A stretch of 63,984 nucleotides of DNA, filler included, from Octopus bimaculoides (Eukaryota): NCBI RefSeq assembly GCF_001194135.2. It is 6 parts of 6 records of this genome, joined end to end, with 100 filler letters (N's around TTAATTAATTAA, not from the genome) between each part and the next. Parts side by side here need not be neighbours in the genome. Positions count along the whole stretch, not along the records: positions 1 to 5,799 come from NC_068990.1; positions 5,900 to 14,619 come from NC_068985.1; positions 14,720 to 37,734 come from NC_068981.1; 3 more parts are not named here. One strand, 5' to 3'. The notes beneath the pieces are model-generated. The model ran no database searches, had not been told where the DNA came from, and worked only from the letters and a program-made list of their open reading frames with translations. The position numbers were made by a program, and so were the translations under genes. This document shows, in pieces, positions 1 through 15,649 of this stretch (within the stretch, counting starts at the first letter, position 1; each line of letters opens with the position of its first letter).

Positions 1-219
1 ATATAACGTCATATAATTATATCTATGCATAAATGTACATACTCACACATGCACGTTTGCGATATGATATATATTCATATACACATAATACACACACTAA
101 TATACACACATACATACACATACATACTGACAAATGTGGAAAAAAACCGCGCGCATATCTGGACATATAACATTTCAATGTTGTCAGGGTTGTATAATAT
201 TGTAGGTTAGAAAAAGATG

Positions 220-1255
<1,036 letters not shown>

Positions 1256-2729
1256 CCGGCATATCGAATGAACAATTATTGTCTTGATATAGTCTGCAGT
1301 GAAGGGACGGTACCCATAAACTAGTGCTCTCTTCTACGCCACACTATGAAAATAGTCGTGAATCCCGTCGTAACTTCAACGCGTGAATTTTTTAAAGATT
1401 GGCTTATATGAGGACTGAAGAATTTGAACTTTTGCAAGCTATTAAGAAAACATAGATAGGTCAAGCCAACGAGGGAGTTATAAAGTCGTTCACCTCAACT
1501 AGAAATACCAGCCATGCCATAGGAGGAGCATTTTGCGTAATGTAGTCCTAGATACACCATATCTGAATAAATGACGATATGAGCGTCGTTGGAACGCATT
1601 TGAACTTAAGCGCTCTCAGGGTTGACGTATTTTGGGGGCGATAGATAGGTAGACAAATAGAAAAATAGAGAGGGTGACGAGAAAGAGGGAAAGTGATGGA
1701 TCGTGTTGGCGTTGACTAAATGGGACATAACTTGCTAGGTTTGGATAGCAGAAGCCGTTGTGCTATTGAGAAAACGCAGAAGTAGGATACGGTGTGTGTT
1801 GGTGTCCTTGTGGTTCTCGAGTTTTGGTAAATGGAGCTCGCCGATCGCTCATATTGATTTCGTTATGGAGGTTAGTTTGCTTGCATATATAGCAGAGGCA
1901 ACGCCCCTTTTATGTGAATAAAATGTATAACATATTAATATAGATCGCTTCTGTACTTTAGAGGATCAGAATTGAAACATTTTCTTGTCCTTAAGAAGAA
2001 ATCTGAATTACAGTTTTGTCCACGATGTTGTTATGATGTTTTGTCACTGATAAATATTTATCTTACAATTAACTTATAATAACTCTGTCTATGCAGCTAT
2101 GAATATGTGCTGCGAAGTAGTATACGCCATTATTACAAGCAGTAAGCACCAATGTTTTATGCAATACACACATTTGTTATAACTCCACGCCATTGATATA
2201 AGCAGTGTACTTAATAGATGCCATTTTTATAAACTGGGTAATCTCAATGTCATTTATGGATATTTCATTAATTTTCATTGTCCGGCATCAATATTCTCAT
2301 GAAAAGTGCATGGAGGAGAAAGAATAGATTCCTCGATGCTGTAAATATACTATATGCAAAAGCCTTTCTCAGTATACAAAGGCGGTTAGAACAGAATCCA
2401 TTCATAAACAAAGGATTGTGAGGAGATAAATGATTCCGACAAGTACCCAGTTACCTGAACCATCGAGCGCATATTGTCGTTTTCTTTTTGTTTGGATCCA
2501 GGCCAATTTGTTTGGATCCAGTAGATCTACTTTCAAAGATATTCCAATCGTGACTATTTGCATCTTATTCTCTAAAGTGTACTCTTATTTTTGAAGATGG
2601 CTGGATGTGATTGTGATTTGAGTGATATTTGGCTGCTATTTCTAACAGACTGACGATTGCACTGAGGCACTTTCTGCTCTTGTTAAATCTTTTCATCTAG
2701 TGCCTGAAGTAAGGTCGAAAATCTCAGTA

Positions 2730-3170
2730 CAAGTTCTTAGTGGTGATATTCTACACTGTAGAATACCCTCGACTGGACCATATGAATTTGGAATTAGGAT
2801 CCCTATCATCTCTACTAAGTACTACAAGGAAATTGTACTTGATGGTCTTGTCCAGAAATGCACTAATTTGTGCAGAACGGACAATTTTACTGAGGACAAA
2901 CCCTAACTTCCTTGAAAGTAATAATGTCTAACTCTAAGTTTAGCAATTATGGAACTAAAATTGTCGAACCTACCCCCATATACATCCACTTCATTTGTTT
3001 TTCCATCACATCTTGGCTCACATTGCTGAGAATGATCCACGTCTGCTGTTAGTTGCTAATGTTGAGTTGGGCATTGACCAACGCGTGCAGGAAAATATCT
3101 ATCTTTGAAGAATAAACTTCGTAAGGCAGACCATCCAGTCCAAGGGAATTACCATTCATGTAGTCTAAAA
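2730..3170 (-). mobile_element. Decayed L1/Tx1-like LINE reverse transcriptase fragment
   Basis: Minus strand reads NSLGLDGLPYEVY, resembling the pre-RT KSPG-DGLP-EFY motif; downstream frame disrupted. Confidence 0.5.
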
Positions 3171-4004
3171 CCACAGGTACAGTCATTACTTAATTTTATT
3201 TACTTTTCATAACGATTCCATGCCTGCAGCTAAGTTAAGCTATAGAATCAACCGTTGCCTGTTCCTTCATCTTTCTAAACGACTTACGGACATGCATTAT
3301 AGAAACACAATATACCTCTTTGCAATATAAACAGTATTAGCAGTTAATGGTAGTGATTAAAGTAGCATTGTTGTTGTTTTTGTTGTCGTCGTTGTTGTTT
3401 AGCTTCAAGTTCGCCCTTCAATCTGGCTATGATGGGGAAAATTTATGATCAAAACTGTTTCAGCTACGATCATCCATCCAATCTGTCCTTCAGGCATGGG
3501 GTATCTCGAACTACACAAAAAAAATATAGCTTTTTCCAAAAACACTTGAGTGTAGTTAACCGAAAACTTGGCTGCTATTTCTTACAAAATGATTGACCAC
3601 TTTGAGATCTCCCTGTTGGGACATTTGTTAGCGGTAGTAGCAGTAGTGATGATATAAGTCTAGCCCTGCGTATTATTACTCTCCTACACAAATTTCTAGG
3701 TGTTTCTTCAACTTTCTTTCAGACGAAGCATACTTTATACTAACGTCAAATGGAAAATAGCCAAACAATTTATAAGTTAATTCAACTGAACACTAATTGT
3801 TTTGTTTCTTTTTTCATTTCGTTATTTCTATCAGTGGCACTAAATCAACAAAACATATAAACTTGATATTTCTGTAATTATTTTTGATGTTATTCTTGTT
3901 GCTGCTGCTGTTGTTGTTTAACCGCAGGTCAACCATGATCCGACAAACCTATTATCAAAGATATTCTAAAAATGATCATCTCATCTTTTAGTAAATCTTG
4001 GCCA

Positions 4005-4166
4005 GGAATGGCTGTGTGGTAAGAAGCTTGCTTCTCAGTCACATGGTTTCGGTTTCAGCTCCACTGTCAATTTGGGCAGGTGTCTTCTACTATAGCCTCA
4101 GGCTAACCTAAGCCTTGTAAGGGGATTTGGTAGTTTGGTAGACAGAAACTGAAAGAAGCCCTTCGC
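4005..4166 (+). mobile_element. tRNA-derived SINE family B (5' half)
   Basis: tggctgtgtggtaagaag...ggttcag head; paralogs at 661-747(+), 51308-51445(-), 56521-56670(-), 56720-56836(+), 62183-62290(-). Confidence 0.8.
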
Positions 4167-4449
4167 ATATATATATATATATACATATGTACACAAGAGT
4201 CCAGAGTAATCGATAGGCAGGAGAGGTGCAGACAGAGTGTAGAAAGTCCATAAGAAAGTCAAATGAGTGTAGAAAGGTAGACAGTCCAGCGGAGAAGTTC
4301 GTGGGTGATGAGAGGAGACAGGATCAACTGGTGAGACCACGTGAGCGTGTGATATATATAGGGAGAATTCACAAAAAAACCCCAAACAAACAAACAAAAG
4401 ACGAAGACAGGTGGTGTAGAAAACAAACAGATGTATTAGTATAACGCTT

Positions 4450-4592
4450 TCCCTATTCCTAATTCTTCCGTCTACGCAGGCTCTGTAGTGACGACCATGA
4501 CTTTGAGACTCAGTCTCAACTCATTGCTCGCCACTTCATCCTACGTGGATATCCCCTGACCATTATCCACACCGCCCTTGCCAGAGCACGTT
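4450..4592 (+). mobile_element. Penelope-like element RT C-terminal fragment
   Basis: Reads PYS*FFRLRRLCSDDHDFETQSQLIARHFILRGYP, the PLE 'PYSQ-LR-RR-CS...F--RGYP' motif. Confidence 0.75.
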
Positions 4593-4804
4593 AAAAGAGA
4601 TGGCTGATATGAAAAATCCGCATATATGTTTCGATTTATTCCCCTAGGTGATACGTAATTCTAACCATTTGGTCATATGCTAAGAATTGGTATCATTTTC
4701 GATTATACGGGGCAGAATCTCGAATTTACTATATATATATAATAACAATAATACCAGGATAGAATTTATAAATATTTAATGCATTGCTACGTACGTTTCT
4801 ACAA

Positions 4805-5791
4805 ATTAGATGATTTTGACATCAGAGTCGGTTGACACCAGTGTCAGCGGTTGTTCCAAAAATTTTGAACCGGAAACTACATCTTAGAAGACGAGCCTCA
4901 CCCTAGAAGATCTGTCGTGCTCGACGAGGACGTCCTGCAAACTCTGGTGAAACAAAATCCCATCGTAACAGTTGAGGAACTAGCAGAGACGCTTAGATTT
5001 GGTCATTCAACCATTCATTGACACCCACGTGCCATCAGAAAAGTCAGTAAATTGGGTCAATGGGTTCCTCACAAACTTTCCGAGCCTAATCGTTCGCAGA
5101 GAGTGAATGTGTGCTCTTCTTTGCTGTCACATTTCACGAATGAACCTTTGTTTGGAGCGAATAGTGACTGGTGACGAGAAATGGGTTCTCTGTAAAAATG
5201 TCAAGCGCCGAAGACAGTGGGTAGGGAAAGTTGAAACACCAGTACCCCAGGCTAAAGAAGGTCTTCAACCACATAAGGTGTTGTTATCTGTTTGGTGGGA
5301 TATGAAAGGCTTAGTCCACTTTGAACTTTTAAACTAAAACCAAACGATAACAAAGGTCGAGCAGCCTGAACGGCTTAAATCAGCGCTAGGAAAAAACTAC
5401 CATCTTTGGTTTCAAAACGAAAGGTGTTCTTCCATCAGGATAATGCTCGGCCACATACAGTGAGAATGACACTCCAAAGGCTGGAGCAGTGTCAATGAGA
5501 AACGATGCCCTTTCCACTATATTCGCCGGACATTGCCACATCTGTATATCATTTATTCCGCAGTCTTCAAAATCATTTGGACGAAAAAAATATGAACTCT
5601 GTAAAGGAGATTTATTTTTCGTCACGGACAAGAGAATTTTGGAAGAGGGGACCTTGCAAATCTACCAGAGAAATGGAAGAGAATTGTAGAAAATGGAGAG
5701 AATATTTTAGATTAAAAAAAGAACTTTGTTTATCTTAAGTCTGAAAAGTAAAAAAAGTATAAAAAACTTGCATTATTTATGGGATGACCCT
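4805..5791 (+). mobile_element. Decayed mariner transposon, 5'-truncated, 3' end retained
   Basis: WVPHKL, IVTGDEKW, KVLLSVWWD, FHQDNARPH, YSPDIA..YHLFRSLQN motifs with stops and frameshifts; ends ...gggatgaccc before TA. Confidence 0.93.
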
Positions 5792-5799
5792 ATATATAT

Positions 5800-5899
5800 N
5801 NNNNNNNNNNNNNNNNNNNNNNNNNNNNNNNNNNNNNNNNNNNTTAATTAATTAANNNNNNNNNNNNNNNNNNNNNNNNNNNNNNNNNNNNNNNNNNNN
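5800..5899. other. Assembly gap with TTAATTAATTAA linker
   Basis: Identical 100-bp N/linker/N blocks at 14620, 37735, 51799, 62606. Confidence 0.97.
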
Positions 5900-6166
5900 A
5901 AATTAGTTATGAAACACGTGTAATCATTTTATTATATTTATCTTATGATATTTATTTTGCTTTATATTATACTCATTTATTGTGCTTTTAATTGTTGATT
6001 TTTCTATATGTGATAGTGGATTTTCATCGATGAGTTCTTGAAACTTGGTTATTTTCCCTAAAACTATATATGTCTATATATGTGTATAGATACATATATA
6101 TATATATGGATAATACATATATACATACATGCATATATACATACGTACATACATACACACACAAGA

Positions 6167-6208
<42 letters not shown>

Positions 6209-6339
6209 TGTGTGCGTGTCGGTATGTATATAAATTTTCCCCGAATTTATGTAAATGTGTACGGAAGAATTTTTCTGGTTAGACAGTACGGGATGTTGCG
6301 TTTTGTGTGTGTTGGGTTGCATGATTTATCTTAAGCAAA

Positions 6340-6800
6340 AGTCAGCCACATAACCTAACGAAACAATTAACAAAGGCAAAATTCAACATGAACAAACAGG
6401 ATAAAACATTCACAGTATACAAGTGTAATGATAACAGATGTGGAACGCGTCAATACACGCATACTTGTAGATTGGTTAGAACCAAAAACGAACGGATTTT
6501 CGGTAATGCAGATATGAACTGCAAAAAGAGAAATTTGATCTACAGTATCAAATGCCCAAATTGTGAGGAACTATATACTGGCGAGGCAGGCAATGCATTA
6601 TCGGATCGTTCACGAGTACACAGACAACAAATCCGCAGCACTAATTTTGGCCAAATTTCATTGAGAGAACATATATAGAAATATGTGGTCAGAAAATGTT
6701 TCCTAATTTTTCTTTCCACAAACTGCATGACACAAGTGAGGTTGGAGAAAGATACAAGAAAAATGTTTTATTAAAATGTTCAAACCTGTTCTGAAAGGAA
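6340..6800 (+). mobile_element. Penelope-like element GIY-YIG endonuclease remnant
   Basis: ORF 6388-6678: C--RC...MNCKKRNLIYSIKCPNCEELYTGEAG...RVHRQQIR. Confidence 0.85.
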
Positions 6801-7347
6801 ACAACAATAATATAGCAATCAGTTAGTGATGTCGTTTAAAAAATATCTTTAATATGTAAATATAAACAAATTACAGAAAACTCTAAGAAATTGAAATAAA
6901 AACGATCGGAACCAACTAAGTTTGCTTTCTCATAAGACCATTACATGTACCGCAAGCTAATTGGTTAAAATGAAGGCGGAATCTATGCCAGTAATATCGG
7001 TACGCCCGGCAAACAGTGATGTTTAATCTGCATGCGGATTGGTCAAAAGCGTATTCTAAAACTTCGGCTTGTGGGAGACATCTAAGAAATACAAAAAGGA
7101 AGAAGTTAGTCATTTTATTACAGTTGTCAAGAACTCAACTGCCAATCAAATACATTTTGAAATCTAATGATTACTACGAACGTTAATTGGACTTTATGAA
7201 CATTATAAAATATTTTTCTTAATGTTTAACACACTTAAACTTTTTTTAAAATACCATAATAAAAAGCGTATATTATGCATATATTATTGCATATATATAT
7301 ATATGTGTGTGTATGTGTGTGTGTGTGTGTGTGTGTGNNNNNNNNNN

Positions 7348-7392
<45 letters not shown>

Positions 7393-9189
7393 ATGATCAA
7401 TAATGTTTTGAAAACCAGTGTTTAATATTTAATTTCGTATGTATATTTATGTGTGTTTGCGTGTGCAAAACTGATAGAGTAAATATAATTTACGATAAAA
7501 GTTTGCAAGATAAGTCCTGGGGTCGACGTGTTCAAATAAAAAGACCATTCAAGGCGGTGTTCCAGCATGGCTACAGTGAAAATGACTGAATAATTAAAAG
7601 ATAAAAGATACATATGTATGTATGTGTGTCCAGACACGCGGACACACACACATACATGACTGAATGAATAATATAGAAGGAAATTATTCATTGTCAACTA
7701 GTATAGAATATCTGTTTGAATGAAATCTACTTATTTATAGAAATGAAAATATTTCTGCAACAGATATAAGCTACAAATGAAAATTAGCCGTGATTATTAA
7801 TCTACTCTATTTATAGGTGGATTTCATTTTCAGTATTGATTTATCTTTAATATTCTGAATGGAGCTGGCAGAACAGACAGTACACTGGGCAAAATGTTTA
7901 ACGGCATCCCGTCCGGTTTTATGTTCTGAGTTCAGATTCAACCGAGTTCGACTTTATCTTTCATCATTTCGAGGGTCGATATAATAAGTACCAGTTAAGC
8001 ACTGCGGTCCATGTATTCAACTTACCACATCTTCCAAATTCGGTGGGTCTTTGTCAAACTTTGAAACCAATATTTATATTAAACTTTGCATGATGATTTC
8101 AGTGATGTGCGACAATATTTATTTTGCAATTTGCACGTCAATATTCTGGTTGCAAAGTTTGATCCGATCGATTTTTTGTTCTAAAGTAAAGTAATCATGT
8201 GCTAATAATGTTGTATATTAATTTACATCTTCCTTAAATGCATGAAGTTGATATATATACTTGAAGTATCCAATATTCTTGAGGTTAGAAAGTTATTCAT
8301 TAGACTAATGCATTTATTGAATCTCCAATATTTTGCTACATTTAGTTAGATTCTAAATGCTGTTAAACTTTGTTTTTGCAGCTTTACTCAACCAATTAGT
8401 TTACTCATACTTAAAGTACATTGTCTTATTTCACTGTAATTTATTTTAAGGATGATAATTTTACAGAGATAAGTAAACACATGTAATATTGTAACCATTA
8501 TGATAGAATCAAATATAATATAAGAAAAAATAAACACAATACTTAAAAAAACCTACGTAATCTTCCATAATTACGCTGCTATAACAGTTGTGGCAGCTAA
8601 GAAAGAAAAGCATGACCTCATGTATGAATGAAAGCAAACAAGATATTGTTATGAATCTTAAATGTAATTACATTAAATCGAACTTTTATTTTGAATATTA
8701 TATGTATTCTTAGAATACGCAGTTTTTCTCACTGTTTTTGAATTATAAGAGTACACTATTTTTTTCAGTTCTTTAAAAATTTGGACAAACGTTTAAATCA
8801 ATATCCATATATTAGCGTAGCTCGACTATTTTGTGAATTCAAGTCAATTCACTAATGTTATTTAGTTTGTAGTTTAAATGTATTTCGCAGCAGGATTATA
8901 TTCGAATTAACAATCGTGATAAATTATTCATGTGCCGAGTTTATTTTACACGATCAGAAATTTACATTATATTTTCAGGAAATTTAATATATTAAGATAA
9001 TTCTTCAACGCCATGCTTATCCGTTTATATTTCGATCAGTGCCGTTCTTTTAATACTCATGGAATTTAAACTTTTTTTAGAAGAGGCTAACTGTCCTAGA
9101 TCATTGTAATTTTAGTATATCTCTACTATGCAAAAACTTAGCTGACCTGTCATCTGTTTGCCCTTTCAGATTAAAGAAGACAGCTGTAA

Positions 9190-9880
9190 CAGCACTTTGA
9201 AGACATCCTGTAAAACATTTCAAACTTTCTTCTCATAGCTAACTACTTTGCAGATTGCAGTTGGGACGGGAAGACAATTTAGAAGTTTGCTATGGAATAA
9301 ATTTTTGTGCTAAAGTGGGGAAAAACACAACAAAATTCGATGAAATGCTCCAGATTCTTTATAGATTAGTTTGTATGAGAACAAAAGGCCAGGCAAAGCA
9401 AGACAACCGGAAAGCTCATGATCATCCAGTGTTTCGACAAGATGGCCATCATCTATATCCAGTGGGTTCCGTTTGGCCAGACGATCAACAAAGAGTATTT
9501 TGTGGAGGTTTTGAGGGAGTTGAGGAGGAGATTTCAACACAAATGTTCAGAGCATCTTAACCAGGACTATGCATCAGTCAGCAATTCCATCCTGGTAAGC
9601 CAATTACTTCACCAAGATGGGCATTAAAGCTGTCCCTCACCCTCCCTACAATTCAGAGCTTGGTCCCTGTGACTGTTGGTTGTTCCCCAAGCTGGAAGAG
9701 AAAATGAAGGAGGCTGTGACAATTGAGCACCTCCACTTTGGAGGACCTCCATGGCGCCTTCACGAAATGACCGAAACGCTACCACAAGTAGTCAGAGTAT
9801 CTTACTTTAAAAATGATTAGAGTTTTGTACTTCTTTAAAATTAATAAATGGCTCTCCTGAAAGCGTCTCAAATCTTCTGA
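9190..9880 (+). mobile_element. Decayed mariner transposon (second family)
   Basis: N-terminal INFCAKVGK; QWVPFGQTINKEYFVEVL; HPPYNSELGPCDCWLFPKL; frameshifted. Confidence 0.88.
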
Positions 9881-11314
9881 AATACATTTTGTATTTTATA
9901 CAAATATACTACGAATCATTTTTAACGTAAGAAACTATATCTGTTATAATCTTAATTAAAGTGCTGCAAACAAAATTATGTCAACTATACACTATAGCTA
10001 TGTAACATATATGCCACTACAACTTCTGTAATATATCACATTACATTCTGGAGGAAGAAACTCAGTACTTGAAAAGAATGGTTCCTTTATTAATTGATCA
10101 TATACTTTTTATTATCTAAAGATAATTAAAAAAACAGGATTTATAGCAATAAATTAATGCGCTAGATTTATGTACCCCGGATTCCTAACCTTAAACCTGC
10201 ATGAAATACATAAAGTCATGCATCGGTGTGTATAAGTTGCAGATGTTAAATCTTAACTTAAACTAGAATATAAGGAATTCAGAACCCTTTAATACTAAGC
10301 AAAAAGTGCAGGAGGCACGTGCTTCGCTTTAAGTGTACTCAATCAGCTGGTCCGGATGAGAACTCTTCGTTGTAATAGATGTTGAAAAATCGGAGGAAGC
10401 AAAAGATTGATAAACCAATGGGCAATATTTTAAATTAAGTTTTTTTAAATTTTTATAAAACTTTGCAAATAATGGAATTCGTTTTGCTTGATATTGTACA
10501 GGATATATATACAGGTTGCATCAGTAACGTCTCCTATAAGTTCAAACACAGACATTAACACACACATTAAATAAAAGGGATTAAAATTGAAACTGTATTT
10601 TGAGGAAGTACCTCTGCGAATACCAGTTATTAATTTGATAGTCATAATTTGTTTATATCTAAGAAGAAAGCTTCCCATCGATGCTGAAATTCCGCATAGC
10701 ATGAATACATTAAATCAAAGACTGAGATTTATAGGATTATCTTTAATTCTGTAGCTACAGTTGCTCCAATGATTCACCCAGGCATTGGGTGAATATATAC
10801 TTCAGGTTAAATTGTAATGATTCGCAAGCACTTCTAGGCTATTCAGTTTTCAAACCAATTGAATGCGTTTTTTTTAGTAATGATGGCCCAGACCTCAGCT
10901 ACATTTTAAGATAGAATATTTGAATTTTGAATCATAAAATAGGCCAAAATATATGAGGTCAAAAATGGAATAGTAAGGCAAAAAACTGATTTTCATTCAA
11001 AATATTTCAGGTATTTTCAGAAAATAACCCCAGAATAGTTGGGTTTAAGAATATTTTGCTAAAAATCTCCTTAAAAGTATTAGCTAGGTAAAATGTTGTC
11101 TGGCTTTAAGTGACAAATTTAAGTAACAACCCCACCCAAATTGATTTTGAATCAAAATGCCTCAGCTATTGTAAAAAAGAAAACAATAGTTGTGGACAAA
11201 GGAAAGATCTCAATGAGATGAATCTTATGCCTTTGGCGCCTTCTTTCAGCATCATGGAGAAGGTTCTTTCCTCACCCCTTTAATATAATTATATATATAT
11301 AATTACTAATTTAG

Positions 11315-11365
<51 letters not shown>

Positions 11366-12137
11366 ACATATATATATATATATAGATAGATATACATATC
11401 GAAAAAAACTATTTTGTTAAACAATCTATAATAGGACAACCGTTGAAACAAAATAGAAATTGTTGAAACCACTAATTTTAATAAAATAAATTCCCCTTAG
11501 ACCCACCACGTGAGTGAACCTAAGCACGCTGCTTCGTACAGTTTCAAGAATCTCTCTTTTTCTTCTTCTCACCCTTCCTCTCTGTTTCTTTTAGTGAGTA
11601 TGTGTGTCTCTGTATACGCCGACTCATACACTCTTACACATGTTTGTTCATATATAACTTCATACAAAAATATATATGTATATGTGCTTATATATATTCA
11701 TAGCTACAACTGCAGTACACAAATAGATACATATATACATTTATGTATAACTGGGCCTGTACAGGCATGCGTTCGTCTTTGTATTTGTGTGTATCACTCT
11801 ACGTTAACAAAGGTTTGTTTGGTAGAATTTGAAGTCGTTTTATTTATGCATTCAAAAAAATAAATAAATAAGGTTGTAATTATACATCAAATCGATTTTT
11901 CCTACAATTCCAAAGCTAGGGCATTAGCGGCTGGAGATTAATCTATTTCTTATCTGATTGCATACCAAATTATAACACAGACCAATTCTCGTTTAAACTC
12001 AGACTGAAAACGTGTTACCGAACTTTCCTCTCGTTTTTTCTTTGTATATATTTAGATATAGAAAGTTTTGATGGCCGTTTAATCTGCATTTCCTGTATGT
12101 TTGCTTGCACGCCTTGCACACATTCGTAAATTGTATA

Positions 12138-12185
<48 letters not shown>

Positions 12186-12373
12186 CAGACACATACACAC
12201 ACACACACGCACATATATGCAAACATTTAGGTCTTTATTTTGGTGTGAATGTATACGCGCTCGTAAAATATCAGTTTCTTTTTCTTCTGGCTCATGTAAA
12301 TTCCAAGCGTTGTGAAAGACATTCTATATGATAACGGATTCACTTTTGAAGAAATCTCTTTGTTTTCTTTCTG

Positions 12374-12412
<39 letters not shown>

Positions 12413-12461
12413 CTCTGCATTCAAACACACACACATACATGCACATACATATATACATGCG

Positions 12462-12495
<34 letters not shown>

Positions 12496-14483
12496 CATAC
12501 ATACATACATGCATACATGCATACAAACATACATACATACATACATACATACATACATACATAATACACCTGCATGTTTTATAGAGACTTTTACTTTTGC
12601 TTTGCAAATCTTCACATTGTTCTGTTACTAATACCTTTTTACTTTTATCCGAAAGATACTGCTGTTATCGTTATGATGAGCTCTAAGCAAAATGCTATTT
12701 CAAATGAAAAGCAATGATCAGATGCCAAATGGTACTTTAATAGAATAACATCGTTTTCGATTCAATTTCGAATTTAAACAAAATTTGCAAATAACAATAA
12801 AAATGGAGGTTACAAAAGCAAACTATCTCCGATGACAGCTCGCATTTTATTTGGTTAATTCAATACGGATTTTGGGTATTTCTGTAATTTGCTTGATTTG
12901 TATAAGAATATCACCCTTTAACCTTCTACATTTGATAATAGAAATTTTTCAGCGAAACTGAAACCATTAAAAATGGCTTCGAAGCCACTATGATTGTATC
13001 CCCTACTTGGAACTTTTAATACTATTTCGTTCCGAAATAGGAAGTCTACGTACATTTCCGCCTAGTAGAAAAAAAATCTCGTATGCCACCTGTTACACAC
13101 TTTTCCTAATCCTTTGATAGGAATAACTTCATCGATCCTTTCTTTGAAAATATTGGTTTCAAAGTTAGGCACAAGACCAGGATTTAGAGGGAAATCTAAA
13201 TCGATTTCATCGACTCTGGTGCTCAATGATACTTATTTTATTTTTCAGAAATAAAGGCTATATCGACCTCGGAGAATTTGAACTCAGAACGTAAAGATGA
13301 ACATAAAACCGCTAAGCATATCATCCAGCGTAATAAACTTTCGGCCTGCTCACTACACTTTTCTATGGAAATATTAGCGCCTGCTATTTGAATCTCCCAT
13401 TTAAAAAAAAGGTAATATTTATAAAGTAATCATCGATGATATTATTCACTCTCAAGTTGTGCTAGTACATAAACTTGATAGAATAATTTCGAGACAGTTC
13501 TCTGCTTCCGTATGTGAAATATAAATACACATCCATTTCTTTCGCTTTTTATTACCCCAAATTGAAAGATAAAAGGGAAAAAATATCTTGGCTATTGTAT
13601 TCGTAAACGTAATTCCATTGCAACTAAATCGCCTTAAAATTACTTTATTAAAAATATAATTAGAATGGTATAAACAAAAAAGATTTCTGAATATTTTAAA
13701 GTTACCCTCTTAGACAGATCATCATTCATCCAATATTAGTACCAACAACGTATTAGTGGGAAATTTAATATTTAGAATCCTTTCTCGTGTAAACAGTCTT
13801 CTTTCAACAGTATGTGCGCAAACATCCTCCAAAACAATATCTTCAATAGTCTCAGCCGAATGTTTGAAGACAGAATGGGCAGGTTCTTTGGGAGTGTAGT
13901 TATAAAATACAAGCTATATTGGAAAGCGTTTTTTATCAGTGCTATCCACACAAGCTTGAGTGTACGTAATATAAATATTACATGATTTGAACAACATTTT
14001 AACCATCATCTAGTGTAACATTTTATTCTTTTGTAATTTTTCATATTTGATCAACAAATATGTAAGTTATGAGAATAATGTTTGGGTTGATGAATACTTA
14101 CATACTGTATATATATCCTTTTATTTTGTTTAGGGCAAATGCCCCAGAATGCGCTCGTAAACGCACTGCACAAAAATCGAACGGAGTTTATTGATTGGTG
14201 TATAATCATAAATTATTCAACATCAGTCCAGCAAAGAAAAAAGAAACAAAACAAAAATACAAAAAAAAACATTAATCTCGAATGCTTGAGGACATGGAAG
14301 AATGCATATGGAAGAAAGACATGTTCAAGATCTATAGATATATTACATATAATATTTAATAATATCCTATGGATGTGGCAACATAGTCGCAAATGAACAT
14401 GTGCTATGCAGAAACATATGCCACAATGTATTAATAAAGTATAAACATTATTATATACATACATACACGCACACATACGCACG

Positions 14484-14553
<70 letters not shown>

Positions 14554-14751
14554 ATCATAAATATATAGGGTTTGACAGTAACCTGCTTCTCCAACATACT
14601 GAGAATTCAGAAATAGCAGNNNNNNNNNNNNNNNNNNNNNNNNNNNNNNNNNNNNNNNNNNNNTTAATTAATTAANNNNNNNNNNNNNNNNNNNNNNNNN
14701 NNNNNNNNNNNNNNNNNNNCACCCCTCGTGTATGTGTGTGTGTGTGTGTGT

Positions 14752-14793
<42 letters not shown>

Positions 14794-15245
14794 AGTGCCC
14801 TCATTAACTGTTTCTGGCAACAAAATTTTGCTCACATAGCATTGACTGACCAGAGAATAATGTGGGAAAACAATTTGCCTCAAGGTGCCATGCACAGGGG
14901 CAGAACCCCAATCACACGGTGGCGGAGCGAACTTCTGCATCTTTCAAAACTAGAGAAAAAAAATGAAAAAGAGAAAAAAGTAACTAACACTATTAGAGAA
15001 GTTGAAAAAATTATATTTATTCGATACATAAATAGGCTTTTTGCGTTGTAATAAACAGAAAATGTGTTTTGTAAAGATAACACTGGAATTTAGTGAAGAT
15101 GAATTGCTAAAAAACAATAATAATAAATAATGAGTTTAAAATATATATAAAAAAAATAATAATTTCAGTTTGATGTAATTTTGTAGTAGAACAACCATTT
15201 CTTTAAGCTTTATTAACATACTTCGTAACGGTTGTTTACTTTCAG

Positions 15246-15426
15246 CTTTATTCTACTGAAACAGGTCGTTTACTAAATCAACTGCGTAATTCACGACTCT
15301 CTAGCGATGCTGTTATGTGTCTTCGATTCAATCCGGAGAACGACACGTCAGTCCTGGCCACTACAGCTGACGGTCAGGTGATAACAGCGGAAACTGAAGA
15401 AGGAATTTTAGTGGAATCTATTGAAG
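15246..15426 (+). CDS. WD40-repeat protein, internal exon a (LYSTETGRLL...VMCLRFNPEND...LVESIE)
   Basis: tttcag| acceptor, |gtcagt donor, 181 nt open, ends phase 1 and joins 18320 in frame; WD40 blade pattern. Confidence 0.85.
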
Positions 15427-15649
15427 GTCAGTTTCTCGATGCTTGTATTTATGATAAATGTATATGTCGTCCTCGTTTTTGTTTTGTTGAATCCCAAATC
15501 GAAATTTGGTTGCTGCTTTTAGCAGATCAAGCAACCGCGTAGAGGCTAATTCGGTGGACCTACTGGGTTGTCATATGCATTGTTTCTGTTTTTTCGCTTT
15601 TAAATTTATTTTAATACTTATTCTTCATCAAAATTTTTAACAAATAATA

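Noticed and set aside
1290-1325. Degenerate hammerhead-like strings (also ~17270, ~53047)
   Set aside because: Two or more core positions missing and no supporting stem I.
5844-5855. TTAATTAATTAA recurring five times as a possible conserved motif
   Set aside because: Always centred in identical 100-bp N blocks; it is an assembly linker with stops in all six frames.
14134-14396. Strong + strand acceptor and ORF MPQNALVN... as a WD40 upstream exon
   Set aside because: No WD40-like sequence in any frame and no suitable phase-0 donor.
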